From sequence record NC_008515.1: 64,000 nt of DNA. One strand, 5' to 3'. Made by a program: the position numbers and the translations under genes. The stretch comes from Escherichia phage RB32. Shown piece by piece: positions 1-8,120 of this stretch (position 1 is the first letter of the stretch; each line of letters starts with the position of its first letter). The notes under the pieces were generated by a model. The model worked only from the letters and a program-made list of their open reading frames with translations, ran no database searches and was not told where the DNA came from.

Positions 1-138
1 CCAATCACGTACGCGTTTACGATAATGTCTTCCTTGATACCAGTATCCTACCCAATTTACAGGTACTAATAAAAATGGAACTATTAATGGAAGAATTAGC
101 ATTAACACAAGTATTTCGCTAGAATCAATATCAGTCAT
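1..138 (-). CDS. Partial ORF at window edge; hydrophobic small protein, start codon uncertain (ATG at 136-138 or further upstream)
   Basis: Open minus-strand frame running off the window start; translation ...MTDIDSSEILVLMLILPLIVPFLLVPVNWVGYW... has a likely TM segment; GGAGG 13 nt upstream of the ATG. Confidence 0.3.
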   Translation of the reverse strand, partial: MTDIDSSEILVLMLILPLIVPFLLVPVNWVGYWYQGRHYRKRVRDW

Positions 139-250
139 AACATCTAAAACACCTCCAATAATCAATAGAATTACAAATGATATGAGTATAACAGGACCTA
201 TTAATACATCAGTAGAAATTAGCTGACGCTTTAGTTCATACTTCAAAGGT

Positions 251-859
251 TTACTTGGAAGGTATAGTGATGGCTTTGACATATTCTCTACATTCCTTAA
301 CAAATTTTTCTAATAATAAATCACTTTCAAAATTAGGATTTTCTACGAATTTATCAAAAAGATCATCAATAATAGTAAAGATATTCTTTTTACTAAGAAT
401 ACGTTTATTTTCATGCTTCGTTTCAGAATCAACTATAAGAGTAAAGAAATATTTCTTGCCCTGAAATTTTACCGTAGTATCAATATAGAATAAATTTGAC
501 TTTTGTAAATTACGTTTAAACCATGCGTCACTTAAACTATAAACACCGAGATAATCATAATCGTCGTTTAAATAACATACTGTCCATTCAGGAGAAATGA
601 AATCAGTAAATTCAACATCAAAATCACACGTCAATAAATGAATTGATTCAATACTGTTAATAAGTATTCCAGGACGTATTAAAGACTTTTTACCTCTGGA
701 AAATCTTCCAGAAAGACTTTCATCAGTTTCATATGAAGAACCCCAATAATAATTACGTCCTTCTGCCATACGTTTAAGAGCATTTAGTAATTGGTCTGGA
801 ACATCAACTTGTCTTTGGAATTCTTCAAACATTGAATTGAAATCACTTTGCATTTTCAT
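251..859 (-). CDS. Hypothetical protein, 202 aa
   Basis: ORF track; compact arrangement with neighbouring minus-strand genes; no motif recognised. Confidence 0.6.
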   Translation of the reverse strand: MKMQSDFNSMFEEFQRQVDVPDQLLNALKRMAEGRNYYWGSSYETDESLSGRFSRGKKSLIRPGILINSIESIHLLTCDFDVEFTDFISPEWTVCYLNDDYDYLGVYSLSDAWFKRNLQKSNLFYIDTTVKFQGKKYFFTLIVDSETKHENKRILSKKNIFTIIDDLFDKFVENPNFESDLLLEKFVKECREYVKAITIPSK

Positions 860-880
860 TCCTATTTACTCCAAGTAATA

Positions 881-894
881 GGGGCCGAAGCCCC
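881..894 (-). terminator. GC hairpin GGGGCCGAAGCCCC just downstream of the 901..1494 gene; terminator or RNA-stabilising hairpin
   Basis: Perfect 5-bp GC stem with tetraloop; same hairpin recurs near 43011 and 63430. Confidence 0.4.
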
Positions 895-900
895 TTATCA

Positions 901-1494
901 TTATTTCAGAGAATTAATATATTCCTGAACATCGGCAGAGGTAGTTTCAACCCCAGAAATATTGCCATTAAAGGTTTCAACTCGAGCAAGAGTATCTTCA
1001 ATATCAACCTTAGTCAGTGCTGCAATTTCAACTACATCATCGGCAGTACTAATTCCAAGTGCATTCGCTGCTCGAGTTTCACGGATATATTCCAATTTAA
1101 CTGCAAGTTCTTGGCGAGCATCATCCAATTCAACTACTTTCTTGGCGATTTCAATTCGCATTTCAGCATACCCATCAGCTTTAGTAGTTAACTGTTCAGC
1201 TGTTCGACGATATAGCAAGCCGAGTTTAGCATGCATTGTTACATCTTGACCTTCGGAAAGAAGCTTGCGAATTTCACGCTCTTTTGATTCGGCCTGCTTA
1301 TTCTTTTCGACAATAAGTTCACGAATACGCTTTTCTTCATTAATAGATTTAACAGAAGCAGTTTTTAGATCTTTAATTTTATCAAGCAATTTTGCTGCTG
1401 CGGCAGTATACTGCTCTTCAACAGATAGATTTTTAGCCATAGCAGAACCAAGTTTAGTGCGAATAAACTCAACAATTTTCTTCAGTGTGTTCAT
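901..1494 (-). CDS. Coiled-coil protein, 197 aa; possible PspA/IM30-like fold (tentative)
   Basis: Charged heptad-like sequence throughout; segments resemble E. coli PspA in spacing ([14 protein letters not shown] vs KLSETRARQQAL) by eye only. Confidence 0.6.
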
Positions 1495-1537
1495 AGTATT
1501 TCCTTAGGTTGATTAGAAATTAAAATCTGCAGAAGAA

Positions 1538-2071
1538 TTATATCATGCTACTTAAGAGATGTAAACTATTTTTAATTTTACAAATTCGTTCAGCTTCTTC
1601 AACAGCGGCAGTGATAATGCTTTTAGCTATAGGAGTACTAATATTAGTAGCTTTTACACTTAACACGATTTCTTTATCTTTACCAGGCCAACCCCACGAT
1701 TTTTCACCATGAGTGCCTTTAATTACAGCAGACACCTCAAGTGAGCATCCATTATCGCATGTTTTTACATTAACAACCCAAGTGTCACTTTTCTCAACCG
1801 GTTTATCCCAGTAAATATTAAGAATACGTGGGACATCAAATTTAGCAGGGCAAATCTTAACCGTAAGACCTTCGCTTTCTAGCCAATTAATAAGAGGGCG
1901 TTCATACATGCGGCGATGTGGGCTTTGAACTCGACAAGCTTTGTACCCATTGCTTGCGGCTTCACTAAGCTCTTCTAATACATGCTTTTGCATTATTGAT
2001 AAGATACCATCAAAAGATTTTTCGGAAGTTTCATTCAGTTCGGTATAAAGAGACATAACAGTTTTCCTCAA
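1538..2071 (-). CDS. Hypothetical protein, 177 aa, several Cys residues
   Basis: ORF track; no recognised motif. Confidence 0.6.
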   Translation of the reverse strand: MRKTVMSLYTELNETSEKSFDGILSIMQKHVLEELSEAASNGYKACRVQSPHRRMYERPLINWLESEGLTVKICPAKFDVPRILNIYWDKPVEKSDTWVVNVKTCDNGCSLEVSAVIKGTHGEKSWGWPGKDKEIVLSVKATNISTPIAKSIITAAVEEAERICKIKNSLHLLSSMI

Positions 2072-2112
2072 ATTATAGGCTCATAATATCTCAATCATGA
2101 GCCTATGTAAAC

Positions 2113-2388
2113 TTATTTCATATTATTGAAATATTCTTCTGCGATTTCGTCGTTATCATGGTAAACTTTAGAAGACAGTTTAACATAACCTTCAGCAGTG
2201 AACATGTTAATCACAACCTTTACAGTATACCACTGACCATCTTCATTACCCATTACTGCGTAAGTTTCAAACATCGGATGATCAGGACCGATAACTTTAA
2301 TATCATTCACTGTACGACCGAAATCTTCTGAAACACATTTCATAAAGAAGTTGAACAGTTCGCCGTAATTATCCATTTCATTCTCCAA
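2113..2388 (-). CDS. Hypothetical small acidic protein, 91 aa
   Basis: ORF track; preceded by an early-promoter-like module (GTTTACA ... TGGTACTAT) and SD-like GGAGAATGAAATG. Confidence 0.6.
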   Translation of the reverse strand: MENEMDNYGELFNFFMKCVSEDFGRTVNDIKVIGPDHPMFETYAVMGNEDGQWYTVKVVINMFTAEGYVKLSSKVYHDNDEIAEEYFNNMK

Positions 2389-2394
2389 ATTGTT

Positions 2395-2455
2395 TTCTGT
2401 ATCAGTAGTTGATAGTTGTATAGTACCATGGAAGAACAGGGATGTAAACAGTTTT
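2395..2455 (-). promoter_or_regulatory. T4 early-type promoter module (-35 GTTTACA, extended -10 TGGTACTAT) upstream of 2113..2388; related to the repeated modules at 6324-7434
   Basis: Reverse complement reads GTTTACATCCCTGTTCTTCCATGGTACTATAC; shares CAGTAGTTGATAG and TGTAAACA..TTTGTGAAA blocks with the other copies. Confidence 0.4.
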
Positions 2456-2587
2456 GTGAAAAAATTTTTAAAAAGTTTTATGGAATTCTAGGGTCAGGAG
2501 GGACAATTAAAAGGTAGGATAATATATTATAAAGGGTATAAACTAAATGATGCCTAGAGAGACAAGGAAAGGCCTAGATACCAAAAA

Positions 2588-2610
2588 GCCCCAACCTTTC
2601 GGCTGGGGCT
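2588..2610 (-). terminator. Intrinsic terminator downstream of the IP-like gene 2618..3091
   Basis: Minus strand reads AGCCCCAGCCGAAAGGTTGGGGCT followed by TTTTT. Confidence 0.6.
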
Positions 2611-2617
2611 AAGAATG

Positions 2618-3091
2618 TTATTTGATTTGTTTAGCAGACCAAATGCGGTCTTTAATAATTTTTTGGATGTCTTCAACATACTCAAGAGAGTGAGCATGTG
2701 GGTTATCTTTGAAACTATAAGCACGAGCTAACTTTTGACCTTCAGTTTTGATTACTAAAAGCTCTTTAAGGATAGCTTCATATCTGGAGATAATTCCTTT
2801 AACGATATTTTTCTCTTGTGTGACTTTAGGATCTGCTTTAGGAGCAGGTTTACCTGAAGCCTTTGCAAAAGCAGCTCCAGTAGCAACTAAACTTTTCCAA
2901 GCCATACTAACTGCATTCCCTGTAAATCCTTCGGCTTTCATATCACGAGCAAATTGGAATCGTGATTCATCGGAAGCATCTTTATAGGAATATTTACCCG
3001 CGGCAATGGCTGCTTTTGCGACAGCTTGAATTTCGGTGCTAGATGCTTCATTTAACACCGCTTCATTTAAAAATTGAGCATATGATTTCAT
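2618..3091 (-). CDS. Internal-protein-like protein with capsid targeting sequence (MKSYAQFLNEA), 157 aa
   Basis: N-terminus matches the T4 IP capsid-targeting/gp21 cleavage pattern (LNE|A); late promoter upstream; flanked by near-identical hairpins. Confidence 0.65.
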   Translation of the reverse strand: MKSYAQFLNEAVLNEASSTEIQAVAKAAIAAGKYSYKDASDESRFQFARDMKAEGFTGNAVSMAWKSLVATGAAFAKASGKPAPKADPKVTQEKNIVKGIISRYEAILKELLVIKTEGQKLARAYSFKDNPHAHSLEYVEDIQKIIKDRIWSAKQIK

Positions 3092-3127
3092 CTTATTTCC
3101 TGTTTTAATTCGGGGTTTTAATATACT

Positions 3128-3135
3128 TATTTATA
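3128..3135 (-). promoter_or_regulatory. T4 late promoter TATAAATA (minus strand) upstream of IP-like gene
   Basis: Plus strand TATTTATA; about 37 nt upstream of the ATG at 3091. Confidence 0.5.
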
Positions 3136-3141
3136 CTAAAA

Positions 3142-3165
3142 AGCCCCAACCTTTCGGTCGGGGCT
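3142..3165 (-). terminator. Intrinsic terminator at the end of the tRNA/stable-RNA transcription unit
   Basis: Minus strand AGCCCCGACCGAAAGGTTGGGGCT + TTTTT; near-identical to hairpin at 2588-2610. Confidence 0.6.
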
Positions 3166-3214
3166 AAGCCTTGCGGCAACCTTGTCGGGGTTCCACCTGC
3201 TAAGGCAAGTGTTT

Positions 3215-3481
3215 GTACGAAACGCCGGGATTCGAACCCGGTTATTAAGCAGTTGACGCTACTCAATATTTTTAAAAGGCCATATCTCGACCATATCCGA
3301 ACGTTCCGTCAAAAACGCTACTCGGCTTACGGCAAAGATATTTCCTCGAATCGATAATTCGGTGCGCCGTTTCTGCTGTGATGTAAGAGGGCATCAACAA
3401 ATCATAAAGATTTATTAACACAATTCCTTACTCAGGGAACATCAGTCCGACGACTTACCGGTAGCGACCCGGTTTCTTGTT
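3215..3481 (-). ncRNA. Stable small RNA region downstream of tRNA-Arg (positional equivalent of T4 species 1/2 RNAs rnaC/rnaD); boundaries approximate
   Basis: No credible ORF; tRNA-like T-arm CCGGGTTCGAATCCCGG near the 3' end (plus 3226-3245); position matches T4 layout. Confidence 0.35.
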
Positions 3482-3558
<77 letters not shown>

Positions 3559-3561
3559 TAA

Positions 3562-4227
3562 TTAAAATTTCATTTTTCGACCTTTAAACCATCCTTCTGG
3601 AATTGGGTCAGTTTTCTTAATACGTTTAGAAACTTTTTCATCTAATGAATGAATCCACATCATACCAAATTGGGAATTCTTTTCGCCCTGTTGGTGTTTA
3701 TTTCTGGCGTGAGATTCTTTCATTTTATTAATAGTTTCAGGAGTATGATGCTTATTTAAAAATCTGCTATTATTTAAAAATTTTTCCCTGTATTCAGGAG
3801 TTGACCACAAGCGTTTAAATACATTTGAACCATGTTTACGATATTTTTCTTGAAGTAAAATATCATTTTTAAAACGTGACTTAAACGATTTAGCTCCTTT
3901 TAAACTAGCGTCTTTCTTCTGGTTTAGCATCCTAGGAATATTTATATGGTCCCATCCACCTTCACCACCAAGTTTTAAATTATACACATCTGGTCTATTT
4001 AAAAACTCTTCTGTGACAATATTTTTCTCGGCTTCAAGCATAGATTCTTTATCATCAAAATACTCTAATATTTCTTTAGAAAAATTTTCTATACCATATT
4101 TATCTTGGGCTCTTTTTAATAATTTACCAGAACCCATATATCCATCATCTAAATTTTCGGTAGAATGCACACCAATATAAATTTTATTATTAATTTTATT
4201 TGTTATTTTATAAGTGTAATGGAACAT
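3562..4227 (-). CDS. segB: GIY-YIG homing endonuclease SegB, 221 aa
   Basis: N-terminal YKITNKINNKIYIGVHS GIY-YIG motif; sits inside the tRNA cluster as in T4; same length as T4 SegB. Confidence 0.85.
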   Translation of the reverse strand: MFHYTYKITNKINNKIYIGVHSTENLDDGYMGSGKLLKRAQDKYGIENFSKEILEYFDDKESMLEAEKNIVTEEFLNRPDVYNLKLGGEGGWDHINIPRMLNQKKDASLKGAKSFKSRFKNDILLQEKYRKHGSNVFKRLWSTPEYREKFLNNSRFLNKHHTPETINKMKESHARNKHQQGEKNSQFGMMWIHSLDEKVSKRIKKTDPIPEGWFKGRKMKF

Positions 4228-4268
4228 AAATATCTCCTATTTCTAAGAGTATTTATGTTCCCAAAATA

Positions 4269-4340
4269 TGGCCCTGGGTGGAATTGAACCACCATCTGGC
4301 GATTATGAGTCGCTTGCTTGAACCTTCCAGCTACAGGGCC
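4269..4340 (-). tRNA. tRNA with anticodon CAT (T4 tRNA-Ile-like, AUA-reading after modification, or Met); no encoded CCA
   Basis: Acceptor GGCCCTG/CAGGGCC, anticodon loop CTCATAA, T-arm GGTGG TTCAATT CCACC. Confidence 0.75.
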
Positions 4341-4341
4341 T

Positions 4342-4417
4342 TGGTGCTGATTGACGGAATCGAACCGCCGACCTTCTCATTACAAGTGAGTTGCTCTACC
4401 TACTGAGCTAAATCAGC
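4342..4417 (-). tRNA. tRNA-Thr (anticodon TGT), CCA encoded
   Basis: Acceptor GCTGATT/AATCAGC, D-arm GCTCAGTAGGTAGAGC, anticodon loop CTTGTAA, T-loop TTCGATT. Confidence 0.85.
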
Positions 4418-4419
4418 AA

Positions 4420-4506
4420 CGGAGGCGATAGGATTTGAACCTATGAGTCGCCGGAGCGACTGCCGGTTTTCAAGACCGGTGCATTAAACCACTCTGCCAC
4501 GCCTCC
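4420..4506 (-). tRNA. tRNA-Ser (anticodon TGA), long variable arm
   Basis: Acceptor GGAGGCG/CGCCTCC, anticodon stem CCGGT/ACCGG with loop CTTGAAA, long variable arm, T-loop TTCAAAT. Confidence 0.85.
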
Positions 4507-4508
4507 AG

Positions 4509-4582
4509 TCTCCATACAAGGATTTGAACCTTGGACCTCCTGATCCCAAATCAGGCGCTCTACCAAACTGAGCTACACGGAG
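4509..4582 (-). tRNA. tRNA-Pro (anticodon TGG)
   Basis: D-arm GCTCAGTTTGGTAGAGC, anticodon stem CCTGA/TCAGG with loop TTTGGGA, T-arm CAAGG TTCAAAT CCTTG. Confidence 0.8.
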
Positions 4583-4592
4583 TAAATTAAAT

Positions 4593-4666
<74 letters not shown>

Positions 4667-4671
4667 AAATT

Positions 4672-4758
4672 TGGTGCGAGAAGTGGGACTCGAACCCACA
4701 AGGAAATCATTCCGCAGCATTTTAAGTGCTGTGCCTTTACCAATTTGACCATTCTCGC
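4672..4758 (-). tRNA. tRNA-Leu (anticodon TAA), long variable arm, CCA encoded
   Basis: Acceptor GCGAGAA/TTCTCGC, anticodon stem CAGCA/TGCTG with loop CTTAAAA, T-arm GTGGG TTCGAGT CCCAC. Confidence 0.85.
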
Positions 4759-4759
4759 G

Positions 4760-4832
4760 CTGGGAATAAAGGACTCGAACCTTTGCATCTAGCAGTCAAA
4801 GTGCTATGCCTTACCAACTTGGCTAATTCCCA
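4760..4832 (-). tRNA. tRNA-Gln (anticodon TTG)
   Basis: Acceptor TGGGAAT/ATTCCCA, anticodon stem TAGCA/TGCTA with loop CTTTGAC, T-arm AAAGG TTCGAGT CCTTT. Confidence 0.85.
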
Positions 4833-4918
4833 ATTATTAACAAAGGCTCTCAAGCAAGAACCCTTGATGATAGAGGGTATTAATCAGTGCGGTATGAGTT
4901 AATAATAACAAATAATTC

Positions 4919-5434
4919 TTAAAGCAAATTAAACATTTTAACAGTCGGCAAAACAATTTCTTTTTCTATATAAGAGTATTTAACACTCTCAACTACACGC
5001 AGAAAATCATAATCATAATATTCAGAAGCACTGCCTAAAATATTAATAAGTCCTTCAAACACTTTATTACCATTCACAAAGAATAAATCAAATACACGTT
5101 CTTCATCTTCTTCGGATTTATTACCAAGGTCAACTTCTATATCAAAGACCTTTTTAATGAATTCTGGATAAAGTTGGTCTGAGAACAGTCCTTCAACCAA
5201 GTATTCATAAATAAAAAGCGATTGCTCGCTGAACAAGCCATTACCACAATAACGTTCAGCTTTAGTACTAGAATGTCTGCTTTTAAACTTCTTTAAAAGA
5301 TATTGAAATTGTAAGATTTCATGCTCTTCTACGCCAAACAGTGTTTTAGTTTTATAGTTGTCACCATCATTTTCCCAGGTAGTGACATCAATTACGTAAC
5401 CCTGCGGAATTGTAGTACCTAAACAAATATTCAT
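4919..5434 (-). CDS. Hypothetical protein, 171 aa (last gene of a 4-gene operon)
   Basis: ORF track; start overlaps the stop of the upstream gene. Confidence 0.6.
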   Translation of the reverse strand: MNICLGTTIPQGYVIDVTTWENDGDNYKTKTLFGVEEHEILQFQYLLKKFKSRHSSTKAERYCGNGLFSEQSLFIYEYLVEGLFSDQLYPEFIKKVFDIEVDLGNKSEEDEERVFDLFFVNGNKVFEGLINILGSASEYYDYDFLRVVESVKYSYIEKEIVLPTVKMFNLL

Positions 5435-5727
5435 TTGCTCACCATATTAATGTAAGTATATTCAATACATTCAAGACCCAAAGGATTTTTGAAAATATCA
5501 TATTCAAGAGGACCTTTTTCCGTTTCAATAAAGAAATCAAAATTTACTGTATTAAATTTACGGTCTTCCTTCACTAATTTAACCTGAGAAGATGAACGAT
5601 CAATGTAAACCTTTTCAACCTCAAAACATGTTAAAACACCATAATCATCAATCAAGGCTTTGGCTGCTTCTTGATCATATTTATATCCATTTTCAACGGA
5701 TGATACTTTCGCATAAAGAATCATCAT
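5431..5727 (-). CDS. Hypothetical protein, 98 aa
   Basis: ORF track; translationally coupled to both neighbours. Confidence 0.6.
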   Translation of the reverse strand: MMILYAKVSSVENGYKYDQEAAKALIDDYGVLTCFEVEKVYIDRSSSQVKLVKEDRKFNTVNFDFFIETEKGPLEYDIFKNPLGLECIEYTYINMVSK

Positions 5728-6137
5728 TAACCTCTATCAACAATAGCATGAGTATGGGCATTTACAATTTGCCACCAGTCGAAACGATTAGAACCATATT
5801 CTGGTTTATTTTCATTTTCTTTAATGATATCACGCAGTTTATCTTCTGTTTCAGCATACGCAATTAAATCATCATACCCACCACAAGGATAATAATTATC
5901 ACCTGCGAATAAAAGAAAATTTACCTTAGATGGATTTACGTAATAATGGTCTTTAGGATATTTAGTTCCTCTCCAATCAGTTACTTCAACATAACGGTAA
6001 GAAAATCCATTTTTACTTTCAATCCAACTCCACGCTTCAAAAGGAGTATTAAAAACTCTATCAGGTATTAAATTACCTTCAAAATGAGAAGGATTTGCAT
6101 AATCCCCGGCATAAACATAATATTCGTTAATACTCAT
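5727..6137 (-). CDS. Hypothetical protein, 136 aa, aromatic-rich
   Basis: ORF track; abuts the upstream 61-aa ORF with no gap. Confidence 0.6.
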   Translation of the reverse strand: MSINEYYVYAGDYANPSHFEGNLIPDRVFNTPFEAWSWIESKNGFSYRYVEVTDWRGTKYPKDHYYVNPSKVNFLLFAGDNYYPCGGYDDLIAYAETEDKLRDIIKENENKPEYGSNRFDWWQIVNAHTHAIVDRG

Positions 6138-6323
6138 TTATTCACCTTTAGAAATTTTATCCATAACGATAGCAATTAAACCAATTAAAAATGCTACTAC
6201 AAGTGAAAACACATTTTCTGCTGTAGTTAATAATCCGCATATAAATCCAACAAACATTGAAAAACTAAAAGCAGAAGCAGAAATTGCAATAGCAACATTT
6301 CGAATTAATTCACAACGTTTCAT
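6138..6323 (-). CDS. Small membrane protein, 61 aa, two predicted TM helices
   Basis: Hydrophobic segments AIAISASAFSFSMFVGFICGLL and FSLVVAFLIGLIAIV; first gene after an early-promoter module. Confidence 0.5.
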   Translation of the reverse strand: MKRCELIRNVAIAISASAFSFSMFVGFICGLLTTAENVFSLVVAFLIGLIAIVMDKISKGE

Positions 6324-6391
6324 TTTATTCTCCTCAGTAGTTGATAGGGTAATAGTATCACTACCCCATCTAAAAGTAAACGGTTTATAAA
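6324..6391 (-). promoter_or_regulatory. Repeated early-promoter module (variant A) with SD, upstream of the 4-gene operon
   Basis: Reverse complement: GTTTACTTTTAGATGGGGTAGTGATACTATTACCCTATCAACTACTGAGGAGAATAAAATG; near-identical copy at 7035-7104. Confidence 0.5.
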
Positions 6392-6700
6392 CTATTTTAT
6401 TCCGCGTGATGCAATTGTGTTCTGCCGTTTAGCACCAGTTTGTTTAAAATCATGATTGTCGATTTGATCGGTACGAGCAACTCCGAATGATGATTTGATT
6501 TTAGCTTTAGATCCTTTAGTTATAGAAATAAACATCTCGGAAGCCCCTTTCTTAAAGTCCGAGGCGATTACTTCAACGCCGTTCTTAGCAAGTGACTTCA
6601 GAATTGCCTCAGCATACTCATCGTCAAGACTCGCCTGAGTATTAATAACGAATGTCTTTGGCGCAGCCGCTTCATTGATAAATTCTTTAAATGTTTTCAT
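6392..6700 (-). CDS. Internal-protein-like protein with capsid targeting sequence (MKTFKEFINEA), 102 aa
   Basis: N-terminal CTS with (I)NE|A cleavage motif; own early promoter; at the T4 ipI locus position. Confidence 0.7.
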   Translation of the reverse strand: MKTFKEFINEAAAPKTFVINTQASLDDEYAEAILKSLAKNGVEVIASDFKKGASEMFISITKGSKAKIKSSFGVARTDQIDNHDFKQTGAKRQNTIASRGIK

Positions 6701-6761
6701 TTTATTTTCCTAATTAATTTTTGATGAGATAATAGTATCACTACCCTATTTAAAAGTAAAC
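6701..6761 (-). promoter_or_regulatory. Repeated early-promoter module (variant B)
   Basis: -35 GTTTAC and TGATACTAT -10 on minus strand; shares AATAGTATCACTACC core; near-identical copy at 7363-7434. Confidence 0.5.
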
Positions 6762-7034
6762 TCATTTTAAATAAATTGCGTATTTTTTATAACCCGCTGA
6801 CTCATGACGAAGACCCTTATCATTAGCAAAACGCTCAATGTTGTTAATTTGATTCTGATCAAGTTCAGAGATGTCAAACACGAAAAAGTTACGTTTGTTA
6901 CCAACTGTTATATAGTCAGTTAAATCAATATCATATAGGTAATTGATGTCAGCAATCAAAGTCTTGACAGCTTTGCTAATTTTTACTTTTTCGTTAAAAG
7001 CAGCTTCAGAAATAAATTCTTGATACGTTTTCAT
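6762..7034 (-). CDS. Internal-protein-like protein with capsid targeting sequence (MKTYQEFISEA), 90 aa
   Basis: N-terminus almost identical to the canonical T4 IP targeting sequence; ISE|A cleavage motif. Confidence 0.7.
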   Translation of the reverse strand: MKTYQEFISEAAFNEKVKISKAVKTLIADINYLYDIDLTDYITVGNKRNFFVFDISELDQNQINNIERFANDKGLRHESAGYKKYAIYLK

Positions 7035-7104
7035 TTTATTCTCCTCAGTAGTTGATAGGGTAATAGTATCACAGCTAAAACCCTATGTAAACAACTTTGT
7101 GAAA
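7035..7104 (-). promoter_or_regulatory. Repeated early-promoter module (variant A copy)
   Basis: CTCCTCAGTAGTTGATAGGGTAATAGTATCAC ... TGTAAACAACTTTGTGAAATTA repeat. Confidence 0.5.
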
Positions 7105-7362
7105 TTACTTTAAATCTTCTAATCGTTTCTTCATCTTAGAACCATTTTTAGCGATTTCTCCTGCATCGGAGCATAATGCTAAAAGCGCTTTAACTTTAGT
7201 TTGGTCTCCTTTAAAAGATGAAGGATCGACTGCAGCAGCAAGTTCTTTAATACGAGAGAAAAGACGCTCAGCTTCAGCTAAAGCCATTCCAAGCTTTACT
7301 TCCATACCGTGGGAAGATTCAGTGATAGTAGTTTTTGTAGCAAACTCTTTGAAAGTTTTCAT
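7105..7362 (-). CDS. Internal-protein-like protein with capsid targeting sequence (MKTFKEFATK...ITE|S), 85 aa
   Basis: CTS-like N-terminus, own early promoter, adjacent to 57B where T4 carries ipI. Confidence 0.65.
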   Translation of the reverse strand: MKTFKEFATKTTITESSHGMEVKLGMALAEAERLFSRIKELAAAVDPSSFKGDQTKVKALLALCSDAGEIAKNGSKMKKRLEDLK

Positions 7363-7434
7363 TTTATTTTCCTAATTAATTTTGATGAGGTAATAGTATC
7401 ACTACCTCATCAGCATGTAAACAACTTTGTGAAA
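7363..7434 (-). promoter_or_regulatory. Repeated early-promoter module (variant B copy)
   Basis: TCCTAATTAATTTTGATGAGGTAATAGTATCACTACC ... TGTAAACAACTTTGTGAAATTA repeat. Confidence 0.5.

Positions 7435-8119
<685 letters not shown>

Positions 8120-8120
<1 letters not shown>

Noticed and set aside
962-1507. Plus-strand ORFs (95 and 80 aa) opposite the 901..1494 gene
   Set aside because: Antisense to a better-supported minus-strand gene; Ser/Ala-rich low-complexity translations without SD.
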